From a virus, in the IMG/VR virus record IMGVR_UViG_3300046808_001301: a stretch of 64,000 nucleotides of DNA. One strand, given 5' to 3'. Of the stretch, positions 20,538-30,595 are shown piece after piece. Every line of letters begins with the position of its first letter. Positions within the stretch are counted from its first letter, which is position 1. The position numbers and the translations under genes are program-made. The notes under the pieces were generated by a model. That model saw nothing but the letters and a program-made list of their open reading frames with translations. It ran no database searches and had not been told where the DNA came from.

Positions 20538-22097
20538 ATGCCTAGTAAATACGCTACAAGAAATGGAAGTTTTCATGATACTGGAGTAAATTCCCTATGG
20601 TATTCAGCATCAGCAGCCAACGCTCCTGGAGGTTATGTTCAAGTGGAACCTCCCGTTGCTGGAGATGATGCAATTTCTAACGGATATTTTGTTACTATAA
20701 CAAATGATATTAGATGCAACAATCTTCACAATGGTAGACGCTACGGCTTTGCAAATCCAGGAGGAGGGTTCGTTTTAAATACTTGGACAAACTCAGTTAG
20801 TGTTACAGCAAACGTTTTGGGAACAAAATTAATTAATAATACTACTGCTCTGTCCTGCGTAGGAACAAATACAGCGACGCTGGTCGGATTTGTGCGAGCC
20901 CCGGAGTGCCCTACTCCCAATTCGTTGGGATCGAACTACGGAGTATCTGTTGTCAATCGGAATACAAATACATTTAATATGTTCGGAGAAATTACATCTC
21001 CAGACATAATAGGAAGCGATTTAAACGGTGGAAATGCTTTTGTTCACTCTGCTTCCGGAACGCTAAATCTTTATGGCAATATACGTTCATCCAATCTTAG
21101 TCGATCTTACTGGCACGACAGATACATTCGTTTATTAACGCTTAATTCGGGAACATTTAATCTATATGGCCACATAATAACAACTGGGGGTTGGTCAGGA
21201 ATAGACAATATGTCTTTAGTTGTATCAGGCCCCTCCACTACTACAATTTTTGGAAATATTTACGGAAACGACACTAACGGCGACGCGCTCTATCCTGTAA
21301 ACATCAATTCCAGTACTGGGCCAGTAACGATGACTGTTAACGGAAACGTATACGCAGGTGTTACACAAAGTGGAGCAGCTATATACTCAGCAAATCCTCC
21401 TGCCAACACCACCTTGACTGTTAACGGCAATCTAATAAGTGGAAGAAACGGTTATTGTGTAGATTTTAGAGGGACTAATGTTGGAACAATTAGAGTTAAC
21501 GGGAACATATTAACTCAAACTGCTGTAGGAATTCATTATACAAATTCAAACGTATTTGTTAACGGCAATGTAGTAACAACCAACATAGAACCCGCAATAT
21601 ACGGAACACCTGATAACACAGGAGTAACTACCATTAATGGAAATTTACTCGGTACTCCGCAAGGTATTCCTGCTATTCAAGCTCCGTTTGTAAGATTTGC
21701 TTCAAACGTATACCAGCCTTATATATCTCATGCAAAAACTCCATGGGAACAGGATCCAAATGTCTCTCAAAACAAGTTTGCCGACGTTCAAACATATTAT
21801 ACGCTAGACGCGCTTTCTGAATTTTCCCTGCCACCAATAAGCTCGGTAAGAGCTGGTCATGTATATGCAAACAGCTTATATACTGGAACTTGTCAGATTC
21901 CTTTAACTTCTGATGTGTATTATGGAGTTAGGTACGATGCAGATGGCACCGTTATGGGAACAGCCACTGTAAATCCAATAGATTTCTTTTTGATTAATCC
22001 TGCGGCACTATTAGTACAAAATAATACACTAGGACAAAAGTTAGCAAATGCAGCAACAATTGATGTTTTCGGGAACACAGTTGCTAGTTTAGGATAA
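20538..22097 (+). CDS. beta-helix protein (paralogue without LamG)
   Basis: xGN[IVL] repeats and the shared C-terminal module. Confidence 0.7.
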   Translation: MPSKYATRNGSFHDTGVNSLWYSASAANAPGGYVQVEPPVAGDDAISNGYFVTITNDIRCNNLHNGRRYGFANPGGGFVLNTWTNSVSVTANVLGTKLINNTTALSCVGTNTATLVGFVRAPECPTPNSLGSNYGVSVVNRNTNTFNMFGEITSPDIIGSDLNGGNAFVHSASGTLNLYGNIRSSNLSRSYWHDRYIRLLTLNSGTFNLYGHIITTGGWSGIDNMSLVVSGPSTTTIFGNIYGNDTNGDALYPVNINSSTGPVTMTVNGNVYAGVTQSGAAIYSANPPANTTLTVNGNLISGRNGYCVDFRGTNVGTIRVNGNILTQTAVGIHYTNSNVFVNGNVVTTNIEPAIYGTPDNTGVTTINGNLLGTPQGIPAIQAPFVRFASNVYQPYISHAKTPWEQDPNVSQNKFADVQTYYTLDALSEFSLPPISSVRAGHVYANSLYTGTCQIPLTSDVYYGVRYDADGTVMGTATVNPIDFFLINPAALLVQNNTLGQKLANAATIDVFGNTVASLG

Positions 22098-22115
22098 GTA
22101 TTTGTAACTTTTGAT

Positions 22116-25100
22116 ATGGCTGCTTTAACATCTCCATTAGATATTCCAGGTTGCATTGTTTGGTTAGACGGTAACGACAAAACTACTATGTTTTTGTTGA
22201 GTACTGGCCTAAACCAAGTGCAAACCGACGGAGATGCAGTCGGGTATTGGAAAAATAAAGCTGCTTGGAATTCTGACTTGCTTTCACTCAATACCCTCGG
22301 AACAACGACTCCAGGATTAAGTTCTTTTACGCATTTTCCTGGAACGTATCAAACAGCAAGGCCTGTATTTAAAGTTCAATCAAACAATACTTCTATACTT
22401 AATTTTGATGGTTCTGATGCTTTAACGAGTTATTTTAATTTTCCTGTTCCAGCTCCTGCAAATAGCAGAGGGCTTACAACGTTTGTTACATTGAGCACTG
22501 GAAGTCCCGTGGCAAATTCCAGAACATACACTCACACAATTAATGGCTTACAAGATTCTGTTGCAGGAGTCGGAAATGTTATTCCGGCTTTTGGGCCAAC
22601 TACCTCTGGTGTTATAGGTTCCCAAACTTCGCCGACTGGCTTGACTACTACTCAAACGCTTCGGTGGTCTCAATTTGAAACATACGTGTGTCATCATGAC
22701 GGAACAAAATTTACTTCGTATCTGAATAGTTTGCGATCAACAACTCCTAATTACGCTACTCATAGTTTAGACATGACGAACGTAAGTATTTCTAGAGTTG
22801 GGGCAGGCATCGGAGCTGCTGGAGCAACTTTTGTTAATCCTGCAAGAATTAACGTGGCAGAAGTTATTGAGTATGATCGAGCATTAACTGATTCGGAAAG
22901 AATTAAAGTAGAACTTTATTTGAATAGAAAATGGAATGTCAATCAAAGAAGAACGTACGCAAAACAAAGCGGTAATTGGTCTGATCCAAATACGTGGATA
23001 GAAGAATTGGTACCTTTGACGTCAGACAATGTATTTAGCAACACATACAACGTAGATATTGATCAAAATATATTGGTTCAGGATTTGAGAAACGTCGCTC
23101 TTGCTCCTTATGTTCCTACAGGAGGAGGAATGTTTACTATTTCTGCTCCAGTTAACGTTGCAACATTAAGCGGGTCTGGGTTTGTTTCAAACGGAGTTGT
23201 GCCTTTATTAAGCAGTTCTGCTTCAACTGGGACAGTTAATTTGACAGGACATATTGTTGGAGGTTCATTAGCCAATGATTGCTATGGTTTTCGTCATATT
23301 GGAAACGCTAGCGTCAATTTGTCTGGAAATGTCACTGCTGGAAATACTACACTATCTAGTTATGGGCTTTTATTTTATGCAGACATTGAATCTCCTAGCA
23401 ATTTAACAATAAACGGAAACGTAAGTGCCGGCAATGCTTCATCAAACTACGGAGTATCATATACAGGAGGAGGAGACGTAACAGTTACGGGGTATGTCTC
23501 AGCAGGAGGAGCCGTTGTTGGGGCCGATATGTGTTACGGATTAACGTGTATTGGGAACGGTTCAGTATACGTAGCAAGTGGAATATCTGCTGGATTTGGA
23601 AATATTTGTTACGGAGCATATCTCTCAGGAGGACAAACTAATTCAAGCGTTACTATAGGCTCTAGGGGAATTACAGCTGGTCCTGGAGCTTTTTCATTCG
23701 GTCTATACAACGCTGGAGAAACCAGGTCTATTTCGATAACAGGAAACGTAGCTGCTTCTACTGGTTCGGGATCTTACGGTTTAAACAATGCTGGAAACGG
23801 AAACATTTCAATACTAGGAAATGTAGCTGCTTCTACTAATTTGGGATCTTATGGTTTAACTAACATTGGAAACGGAAACGTTTCATTAACAGGAAACGTA
23901 ACAGCTTCTACTGGTTCTGGATCTTATGGTTTAACTAACATTGGAAACGGAAACTTATCAATAAGAGGAAACATAACTGCTTCTACTGGTTCTGGATCTT
24001 ATGGTTTAACCAACACCGGAAATGGAAATACAACATTAATTGGAGCAATAGTTGGTTCGACTAATACTCATGGAGCTGAATGCAGTGGAACTGGTGTAGT
24101 GTTTCTTAGCGGCAGAGCTACTGGTGGCGCTGGTTCAAATTCTTACGGTTTAAGGTGCCGCAGCACGGAATTGTCGGCTATAAGCGCATTTCCTTTAGGC
24201 ACCGCAGTATTTACTGGAGGTACAGGAACCAATTGTTACGGTTTATTGTTTGGTGGTAGTGCTGCTCCATTGTACGTAGAAGGAACGATTACTGGCGGTT
24301 CAGGAAGTGGGTCTCATGGAGCTTATATTGCAAACAGCACTTCTGTTAAATTGTTTGGGAACTTAAACGGAGGTACAGGATCTTCAATTGGTGTTTATGA
24401 CGCTCAGAGCTCAAGCATTTCGTTAAGTGGAGGAGCTGCTGGAGGATCAGTATCAGGAGCGTATGGACTACATTTAGCGTATAACCCTTCGGTTATCAAC
24501 ACAAATTTATACATAAACGGAGGACAGAATCGAGACATTACTGGAGGAAACGGAACCTCTACACATGGAGTTTACATTAACCGTGTATCTGATTTAACAG
24601 TAGAGAGGATACTGAATATTAGAGGTGGAATTGGTGGAAATTTTTGTTATGGCATGTATTGGGCTTTTCCTTTATCAAGCTGTAACATTCAAGCATCAAG
24701 TATTAGAGGCGGAACCGGAGGTACTAATAATCACGGATTAACAATTGATGTGGATTGTACTGCAAACATAACAGGCAGCGTATTTGCTACTACTTGGGGC
24801 CACGGAATTTACGTAGGTTCTACCTATTCGTATGTGTCTGCTAATACTTTCTTTTCTCCAAATCTTATTGTTAGAGGAAACGTGTCAGCTTCATCTGCTT
24901 CTGCTGCAGCATACAGCGCAATATACAACTCTCACAGCGACGTATACGTTGCTGGCAATGTTACAGGAGGAGCGTTCAGTGGAGCTTACGGTATTAATAA
25001 TGTAGGAGGAAACGTTGACGTAAGAGGCAACGTTAATGGAGGCCCTGCTGCTGGAGGCCACGGAATATATGCTTCTTCTGGAACTGAGCGTTCTACAACA

Positions 25101-26468
25101 AACCTTATTGTTAGAGGTAATGTTACAGGTGGAACTGTATTCAACAGCAACGGAGTGGTTAACGAAACGAATAACGGAACATTTCAGCTTTTTGGTAATC
25201 TTATTGCTCGTCCATCCTCAGGAGCAGTTGCTCTTCGTTCTGGTCATTGGAGTTCAGGAACTTATGGTATGCTTGCTAAAAACTATATTTGTGGAAACGT
25301 AATCAATGCTCCAGATGGAGGATCAGCAATGACAGCATTCCATTGCCAATTTTATCCTCCTGCTTCTTTTGGCTCCTACATTACATATTCCTCTGGATAC
25401 AATACCGTTTTAGACATGGTTTTGCCAGATGGGTTTGGGATGCCGGAACCATGGGCAGTTCGTTCCGGAGTTTCTTATGCAAATGACACTCGCGTGGGAA
25501 CCTGTGTCGTTCCGGATCCTAGATCAGTTAAATTAAGGACACCTGTTGATAACACGGAAGGACTTGCAATTTTGGATCCAATTGATTTATATAGCATTTC
25601 AACAGCTGTTCTCACAGCGGAAAACACACTAGGAAAATTGCTGTCCAATAGCTTAACTACCGAAGTGGCAGGAAACCTCGTTGCTAGCTGGAGCGAAGAT
25701 TTTGGAAGCTATAGTCCAACAATGATTTCTGGTTTGCAGCTTTGGCTGGATGCTTCAGACAGTTCAACGTTATTTGATGCAACTGTTGGTGGCAATTTGG
25801 TAACTACTGACGGATCAGCTGTAGCAAGGTGGGCCGATAAATCCGGAAACAATAGGCATGCTATTCAAACAACGTCTACAGCAAGACCGCTACTCAAAAC
25901 AGGCATCCAAGCTGGAAAAAACGTCTTACGTTTTGATGGTACGAACCATTATTTTAATATTAATAGCATAGCTGCGTTCTTTGGTTCCTCCCATACAATT
26001 TTTGCGGTTGCTCAAACTAATACAGGAGGAAAAAATGCTACATCAGAAGCATACCAAACTGTTATAGCAGGCACAGGATTTCATCAAACAATTTCATTCA
26101 GAGGATATCCGCTCGCTAATATCGTTCATGCGGAAGTGTGGAATTCAACTCAAAGCCAGAATGCGACATCAACTCGTCCATATTCTGTAGGTAGCTGGAT
26201 AGTCGCAACCAGACGCGTTACTGCTTCCACAGCGTCAACTGTTCAGCTGTTTTTAAATAAAACAGCAGGAATTCAACAAGCTCTTTCGTCCGGCACCGTA
26301 TTGAGAACTCCTGTAGAAGCGCGTATTGGATGCGCTCAGACAGTTGGATCATTTGATTGGTTTTTAAATGGACAAATTTCAGAAATTTTAATTTATAATT
26401 CTGCTTTGACTCCAGGCCAATACCAGAGTATTCAGTCATATCTCCAATCTAAATGGAATATTGTTTAA
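22116..26468 (+). CDS. LamG - beta-helix - LamG protein
   Basis: N-terminal WLDG and C-terminal WLDASD...GQISEILIYNSALT LamG units around GNV repeats. Confidence 0.75.
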   Translation: MAALTSPLDIPGCIVWLDGNDKTTMFLLSTGLNQVQTDGDAVGYWKNKAAWNSDLLSLNTLGTTTPGLSSFTHFPGTYQTARPVFKVQSNNTSILNFDGSDALTSYFNFPVPAPANSRGLTTFVTLSTGSPVANSRTYTHTINGLQDSVAGVGNVIPAFGPTTSGVIGSQTSPTGLTTTQTLRWSQFETYVCHHDGTKFTSYLNSLRSTTPNYATHSLDMTNVSISRVGAGIGAAGATFVNPARINVAEVIEYDRALTDSERIKVELYLNRKWNVNQRRTYAKQSGNWSDPNTWIEELVPLTSDNVFSNTYNVDIDQNILVQDLRNVALAPYVPTGGGMFTISAPVNVATLSGSGFVSNGVVPLLSSSASTGTVNLTGHIVGGSLANDCYGFRHIGNASVNLSGNVTAGNTTLSSYGLLFYADIESPSNLTINGNVSAGNASSNYGVSYTGGGDVTVTGYVSAGGAVVGADMCYGLTCIGNGSVYVASGISAGFGNICYGAYLSGGQTNSSVTIGSRGITAGPGAFSFGLYNAGETRSISITGNVAASTGSGSYGLNNAGNGNISILGNVAASTNLGSYGLTNIGNGNVSLTGNVTASTGSGSYGLTNIGNGNLSIRGNITASTGSGSYGLTNTGNGNTTLIGAIVGSTNTHGAECSGTGVVFLSGRATGGAGSNSYGLRCRSTELSAISAFPLGTAVFTGGTGTNCYGLLFGGSAAPLYVEGTITGGSGSGSHGAYIANSTSVKLFGNLNGGTGSSIGVYDAQSSSISLSGGAAGGSVSGAYGLHLAYNPSVINTNLYINGGQNRDITGGNGTSTHGVYINRVSDLTVERILNIRGGIGGNFCYGMYWAFPLSSCNIQASSIRGGTGGTNNHGLTIDVDCTANITGSVFATTWGHGIYVGSTYSYVSANTFFSPNLIVRGNVSASSASAAAYSAIYNSHSDVYVAGNVTGGAFSGAYGINNVGGNVDVRGNVNGGPAAGGHGIYASSGTERSTTNLIVRGNVTGGTVFNSNGVVNETNNGTFQLFGNLIARPSSGAVALRSGHWSSGTYGMLAKNYICGNVINAPDGGSAMTAFHCQFYPPASFGSYITYSSGYNTVLDMVLPDGFGMPEPWAVRSGVSYANDTRVGTCVVPDPRSVKLRTPVDNTEGLAILDPIDLYSISTAVLTAENTLGKLLSNSLTTEVAGNLVASWSEDFGSYSPTMISGLQLWLDASDSSTLFDATVGGNLVTTDGSAVARWADKSGNNRHAIQTTSTARPLLKTGIQAGKNVLRFDGTNHYFNINSIAAFFGSSHTIFAVAQTNTGGKNATSEAYQTVIAGTGFHQTISFRGYPLANIVHAEVWNSTQSQNATSTRPYSVGSWIVATRRVTASTASTVQLFLNKTAGIQQALSSGTVLRTPVEARIGCAQTVGSFDWFLNGQISEILIYNSALTPGQYQSIQSYLQSKWNIV
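23735..24030 (+). repeat. 78-nt (26-aa) coding tandem repeat about x4
   Basis: GNV[AT]ASTGSGSYGL[NT]N.GNGN units, near-identical at DNA level. Confidence 0.85.
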
Positions 26469-26476
26469 ATTTGTTG

Positions 26477-26505
26477 TTGACCTGGCCTCGAACATATGGG
26501 ATATT
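26477..26505 (+). promoter_or_regulatory. sigma70-type promoter
   Basis: TTGACC-17 nt-GATATT, with TG upstream of the -10 box. Confidence 0.6.
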
Positions 26506-26513
26506 GGAGGTCG

Positions 26514-26747
26514 ATGAAAACATCACTAACAAACACACGCATTAAGCCTCTCGAGGCTATCACTGGACGTAACAATGTACCTTCTGGTCTTTCTATTGAA
26601 AAGAAGACCAAAATGGTCAACCGTTGCATTAATCCTAGTCGCTATGAGTTCCTTGGCTTCTTGGATCGTACAAACTCTGCAGTTCTCCGTGAACGTTTTT
26701 ACAACGTTCGTGACGAGTTCGGCCGTTTTGCAACAGTCGAAGCCTAA
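26514..26747 (+). CDS. small basic early protein (start revised to 26514)
   Basis: MKTSLTNTRIKP...RDEFGRFATVEA; has its own promoter and terminator. Confidence 0.75.
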   Translation: MKTSLTNTRIKPLEAITGRNNVPSGLSIEKKTKMVNRCINPSRYEFLGFLDRTNSAVLRERFYNVRDEFGRFATVEA

Positions 26748-26764
26748 GAGCTAAGCGTTCAATT

Positions 26765-26796
26765 AAAGCCCTTTGCTGTTGCAAAGGGCTTTTTTT
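26765..26796 (+). terminator. intrinsic terminator
   Basis: AAAGCCCTTTGC-TGTT-GCAAAGGGCTTT hairpin plus U tract. Confidence 0.9.
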
Positions 26797-26812
26797 GTTT
26801 TAAATAAGATTA

Positions 26813-27790
26813 ATGAGTTTAGTATTAGTAACTGGGTGTGCTGGGTTTATAGGTTCAAGAGTATGCAGCATGTTGATCGAAGATGGACATGAAGTTGTCG
26901 GAATAGACAATCTCAACAATTATTATGATCCGAGTCTTAAACAGTACCGTTTACGTAGGTTACGGTTTTTTGGTAACAAATTTAAGTTTGAGTTACTAAA
27001 CATTGAAAACAAAAACAAGCTAATTGAGTTATTCAAAACTCATTCGTTTGAAACGGTATACAATCTAGCAGCTAGAGCAGGAGTACAGAATAGCTTAAAA
27101 GATCCGTATATTTATTTGTCAACAAATGCTGTAGGAACACTAAATTTGCTTGAAGCAATGAAAGAAACCAACGTCAAAAAAATGGTGTTGGCCTCAACTT
27201 CTTCATTATACGCAGGTCAACAAATGCCGTTTACGGAAGATCTTGCAGTAAACACTCCTCTATCTCCATATGCAGCTTCTAAAAAAGCAGCAGAGTTGAT
27301 GGCTTATAGCTACCACCATTTATATGGATTAGATATTTCCGTAGTAAGGTATTTTACGGTATTTGGTCCAGCAGGTCGACCAGATATGAGCATTTTTAGA
27401 TTTATTAAATGGATTGATGAAGGGCGTCCTCTTGAAATTTTTGGAGACGGTTCTCAATCAAGAGATTTTACATACGTTGATGATATAGCTAGAGGAACAA
27501 TTCAAGCTTCAAAATCGTTAGGGTATGAAATTCTAAATTTAGGAGGAGGAAAGTCTCCAAAAAGTTTAAATTGGACGATTGATTTTATTTGTAAGGAACG
27601 CAACCTTCCTGTTCCAGCAAGATCAACAAAAGACTTTCATGTAGCTGACATTGTTGCTACTCAAGCTAATATATCTAAAGCTAACCAGTTAATTGGTTAT
27701 GAACCAAAAATTTCTTTTGAAGAAGGGTTATTAAACACTCTTCAATGGCATAAAGAGAACAGTCATTGGCTTAAAAATATCAGAATCTGA
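26813..27790 (+). CDS. NAD-dependent nucleotide-sugar epimerase (UDP-glucuronate 4-epimerase-like)
   Basis: GCAGFIG, NLAARAGV, YAASK, GPAGRPDM, RDFTYVDD. Confidence 0.9.
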   Translation: MSLVLVTGCAGFIGSRVCSMLIEDGHEVVGIDNLNNYYDPSLKQYRLRRLRFFGNKFKFELLNIENKNKLIELFKTHSFETVYNLAARAGVQNSLKDPYIYLSTNAVGTLNLLEAMKETNVKKMVLASTSSLYAGQQMPFTEDLAVNTPLSPYAASKKAAELMAYSYHHLYGLDISVVRYFTVFGPAGRPDMSIFRFIKWIDEGRPLEIFGDGSQSRDFTYVDDIARGTIQASKSLGYEILNLGGGKSPKSLNWTIDFICKERNLPVPARSTKDFHVADIVATQANISKANQLIGYEPKISFEEGLLNTLQWHKENSHWLKNIRI

Positions 27791-27801
27791 AAAATCTGAT
27801 G

Positions 27802-27829
27802 TTGTTTAATCTCATTTTTAGTATAAAAT
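27802..27829 (+). promoter_or_regulatory. sigma70-type promoter of the QueD-like operon
   Basis: TTGTTT-16 nt-TAAAAT, 7 nt before ATG at 27837. Confidence 0.55.
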
Positions 27830-27836
27830 CAACTCA

Positions 27837-28181
27837 ATGACAACCACTGTTATTATTACACTCCAATACGAAGCTTTTCACAACTGGCAGGGAGTCAAAG
27901 AGGCTCTTCCTGACAACCCAGAAATCCATTTCCTCTTTGATAGACACAGACATTTGTTTTTTATTACGCTAGAAAAACACGTAACTCATGATGATAGAGA
28001 CGTGGAAATCATTCTTTTTAAACGCAAAGTGCAAGATTATCTTGAAACAAAGTATGGCAGGCCAGGAGAACTTGGATCAAGGTCATGTGAAATGCTTGCA
28101 GAAGAACTTCTTAAGAAATTCGATTGCGAAACAGTGCAAGTACTTGAAGACAACGAAAACGGAGCTAAAGTATATAAATGA
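27837..28181 (+). CDS. QueD/PTPS-like T-fold protein
   Basis: EAFH, HRH metal-binding His motif, SCEMLA and V.ED.ENGA motifs. Confidence 0.65.
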   Translation: MTTTVIITLQYEAFHNWQGVKEALPDNPEIHFLFDRHRHLFFITLEKHVTHDDRDVEIILFKRKVQDYLETKYGRPGELGSRSCEMLAEELLKKFDCETVQVLEDNENGAKVYK

Positions 28182-28603
28182 TTACCTTTGTCTGCGGTCA
28201 GCTTTGTTCCGGAAAAACCAGATATGCTAAAGCTATGGCTGATTCGGTGAACGCGTTGTTCATTGAAGTCGGGGATATCGTTCGTGAGATAACTCAGACA
28301 ACCGATCGAGCACAACTTCAAGATACAAAAAACCTTTTGGATGAGATCGTGGAGCGACTCATACGCAAAATGCCTTTGTGTGATGTAAAGGAATACGTCG
28401 TTTGCGGAGTTAGGCAGAAAGAAATACTGTTACAATTTCCGGATGCAACGATGCTGTGGATTGAGTGTCCTAAAAAGGAACGTAAAAAGCGTTATAAAGA
28501 ACGAGCTCGACAAGGAGATACTACTCCTTTTAAAGAAGCGGAACAAGGTGATATCGAACTAGGCATCTTAGAAGTTAAACAATACATTTTCGACAACAAA
28601 TGA
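28178..28603 (+). CDS. P-loop nucleotide (NMP/dNMP) kinase-like protein
   Basis: GQLCSGKT, VGDIVRE, VCGVR, R..RY..RAR lid region. Confidence 0.7.
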   Translation: MITFVCGQLCSGKTRYAKAMADSVNALFIEVGDIVREITQTTDRAQLQDTKNLLDEIVERLIRKMPLCDVKEYVVCGVRQKEILLQFPDATMLWIECPKKERKKRYKERARQGDTTPFKEAEQGDIELGILEVKQYIFDNK

Positions 28604-29391
28604 AATTCTTTTGTATTCCGCCAAACAACCATCTCGACATGATGGACAACGGCGATTGGTATTTTGCTCTTTGTCATCACTATATACAAGATAAAAAGTA
28701 TAGAGAATATTTCCTTAATTTAAGAAAAGCAAAACCTAATGCTTTTATTTTGCTAGATAATGGAGCAGCAGAGCATAGTCTCGTAACAGAAGATGTTTTA
28801 ATCGAAGCTGTTATGGAATTACAACCAAACGAAGTAATTGCTCCAGACGTTTTGTTTGACAAAAAACAAACACTTAAAAATCTTGAGTCGTTTATTAATA
28901 AATTGATCAAAGCTCAAATGCTAGACAAGGTTAATTTGTTCGGTTGTCCACAAGGATTAACAAAACAAGAATGGGTTGAATGTTATTTTCAAATGGCTCT
29001 TAATCCGTTCGTTAAAACAATTGGATTAAGCAAAATTGCTGTTCCGAAATGTTGGAATAACGCAGTTGATGACAAGATGATTTCTCTGTCTCGTAATCAA
29101 TGCGTTAAAGAACTACAGCAAACGTTGTTGTTAACTAAGCCTCTCCACTTGCTTGGTATGGGGGAACACAATGAGTTCGACTTCTACTTGAGAAACAAAA
29201 TTAAAAACATACGCAGTTCGGATAGTTGTTACACAATACTTGCTGCAATGAATGGAATTGATTTTGAGACAGGAAATACATCAAGAATTCCTACAACCAA
29301 TGCTTATTTTGATGTTACTCTCACGGACGAACAACAAGAACTTGCAAAGAAAAATATAAACTATTTAAAAACCAAATATAAAGAAATATGA
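28600..29391 (+). CDS. tRNA/DNA-guanine transglycosylase-fold (DpdA-like) protein
   Basis: LLDNGA, PDVL, GCPQG, IGLS, LHLLGMG and RSSDS match the TGT-fold order of motifs. Confidence 0.6.
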   Translation: MKFFCIPPNNHLDMMDNGDWYFALCHHYIQDKKYREYFLNLRKAKPNAFILLDNGAAEHSLVTEDVLIEAVMELQPNEVIAPDVLFDKKQTLKNLESFINKLIKAQMLDKVNLFGCPQGLTKQEWVECYFQMALNPFVKTIGLSKIAVPKCWNNAVDDKMISLSRNQCVKELQQTLLLTKPLHLLGMGEHNEFDFYLRNKIKNIRSSDSCYTILAAMNGIDFETGNTSRIPTTNAYFDVTLTDEQQELAKKNINYLKTKYKEI

Positions 29392-30059
29392 AAAACGAAC
29401 TTCTAATTGTTACATGCACAGAAGCTAAAACAGACAAAGAATTTAGTCAAAAGCCTTTGTATGCTAGTCTTCAAAAACAATTTGAAAGCAATTCTAATGT
29501 GTCTTTTTATATTTTCAAAGACAACAAAAGAGGTCTTTCGGAGTGCTATAATGAAATTCTACAAAATCAAACAAACATCAATAAAACAGTTTTGTTTGTT
29601 CATGATGATGTTGTGCTTGATGATATATTTTTATACGAAAAGCTTACTCAGAGCCCGTATTCAATTACAGGCCTTGCTGGCGCTAAAACCTTCAATAAGC
29701 GCGCTGACAAGCTTGCCTGGCACCTTGCCTCAGATAGGACTGATTACGTTGGTGAAGTAACACACTTCCATGAAGGCAAAATCTGGACAACTGTCTTTGG
29801 ACCGACTCATTCAAGAGCGTTAACAATTGACGGTTTGTTTATTTCTTGCAAAGTAAACGACCTAAAGCAAAAGGAATTGCTGTTTGATACCAATTTTAAT
29901 TTTCATTTTTATGATATTGCTTTTTGTTTACGAGCAAATGAAAAGAAAGTCAGCTGTGGGGTGCTTCCAATTAAAGCAACACATTATGGAATTGGAGATT
30001 CAATGTTGACTCCCCAATGGGAAGAAGCTAATATCGAGTTCAAACAAATTTACGCATGA
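29388..30059 (+). CDS. GT2-like glycosyltransferase
   Basis: LSECYN, FVHDDV, GLAG, DGLFI, FHFYD..FC motifs. Confidence 0.8.
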   Translation: MKNELLIVTCTEAKTDKEFSQKPLYASLQKQFESNSNVSFYIFKDNKRGLSECYNEILQNQTNINKTVLFVHDDVVLDDIFLYEKLTQSPYSITGLAGAKTFNKRADKLAWHLASDRTDYVGEVTHFHEGKIWTTVFGPTHSRALTIDGLFISCKVNDLKQKELLFDTNFNFHFYDIAFCLRANEKKVSCGVLPIKATHYGIGDSMLTPQWEEANIEFKQIYA

Positions 30060-30595
30060 TTGTAACACCTGAACAACTTAGTCAAACAAGCATTTTAACT
30101 CAAGAAGGAGTTTATGATTGCTGTTTAATCCAGCAACGCTTTTCATACAAGCTTTTTGGCAATTCAGTTTCCTCATTGGGAGATGTCATAACATTCCGAG
30201 CTCCAATTAATATTGGTCCTTTATTCTTTGAAAATTCTATCGTCATAGCAGCAGAACTTCCGAATGCTTCTATGTTTGCTGGAACCTGCTTTGCTAGACT
30301 TTATGCAGCTCAGCTTGGATCAATTTTGTCCTCAATGATCAACGAAGAATATACTGTTGATGAAAGCTGTATTTTTTCTGGAGAAGCTCAAGCTAGTCTA
30401 TCAATGATCAACCAGGTAAAAGATTCAGTATTGTTGCACATTGTTTTTCCGTTGAAAGAAGGAAATACGAAAGAAACTTTTTCTTGTCTTAAATTAGACG
30501 AAGAAAAACTACTTGGATTTGAAATTAGTGCTGTTGAAGCATTTCGACAACTTACTCGTAGCATTTTTATAGAGACAAGACGTGACAATTTTTGA
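30056..30595 (+). CDS. DUF366-like protein (lipoate/biotin-ligase fold), diverged
   Basis: YD...I..RFSY..FG.....GDVITFRAP N-terminus and later SLSM...S...HI segment. Confidence 0.5.
   Translation: MIVTPEQLSQTSILTQEGVYDCCLIQQRFSYKLFGNSVSSLGDVITFRAPINIGPLFFENSIVIAAELPNASMFAGTCFARLYAAQLGSILSSMINEEYTVDESCIFSGEAQASLSMINQVKDSVLLHIVFPLKEGNTKETFSCLKLDEEKLLGFEISAVEAFRQLTRSIFIETRRDNF

Noticed and set aside
12920-26468. Diversity-generating retroelement acting on the adhesin cassette
   Set aside because: No reverse transcriptase and no template/variable repeat pair differing at adenines seen in this window
26506-26510. GGAGG as a Shine-Dalgarno site for 26514
   Set aside because: Only 3 nt from the ATG and directly after the -10 box, so probably upstream of the transcription start
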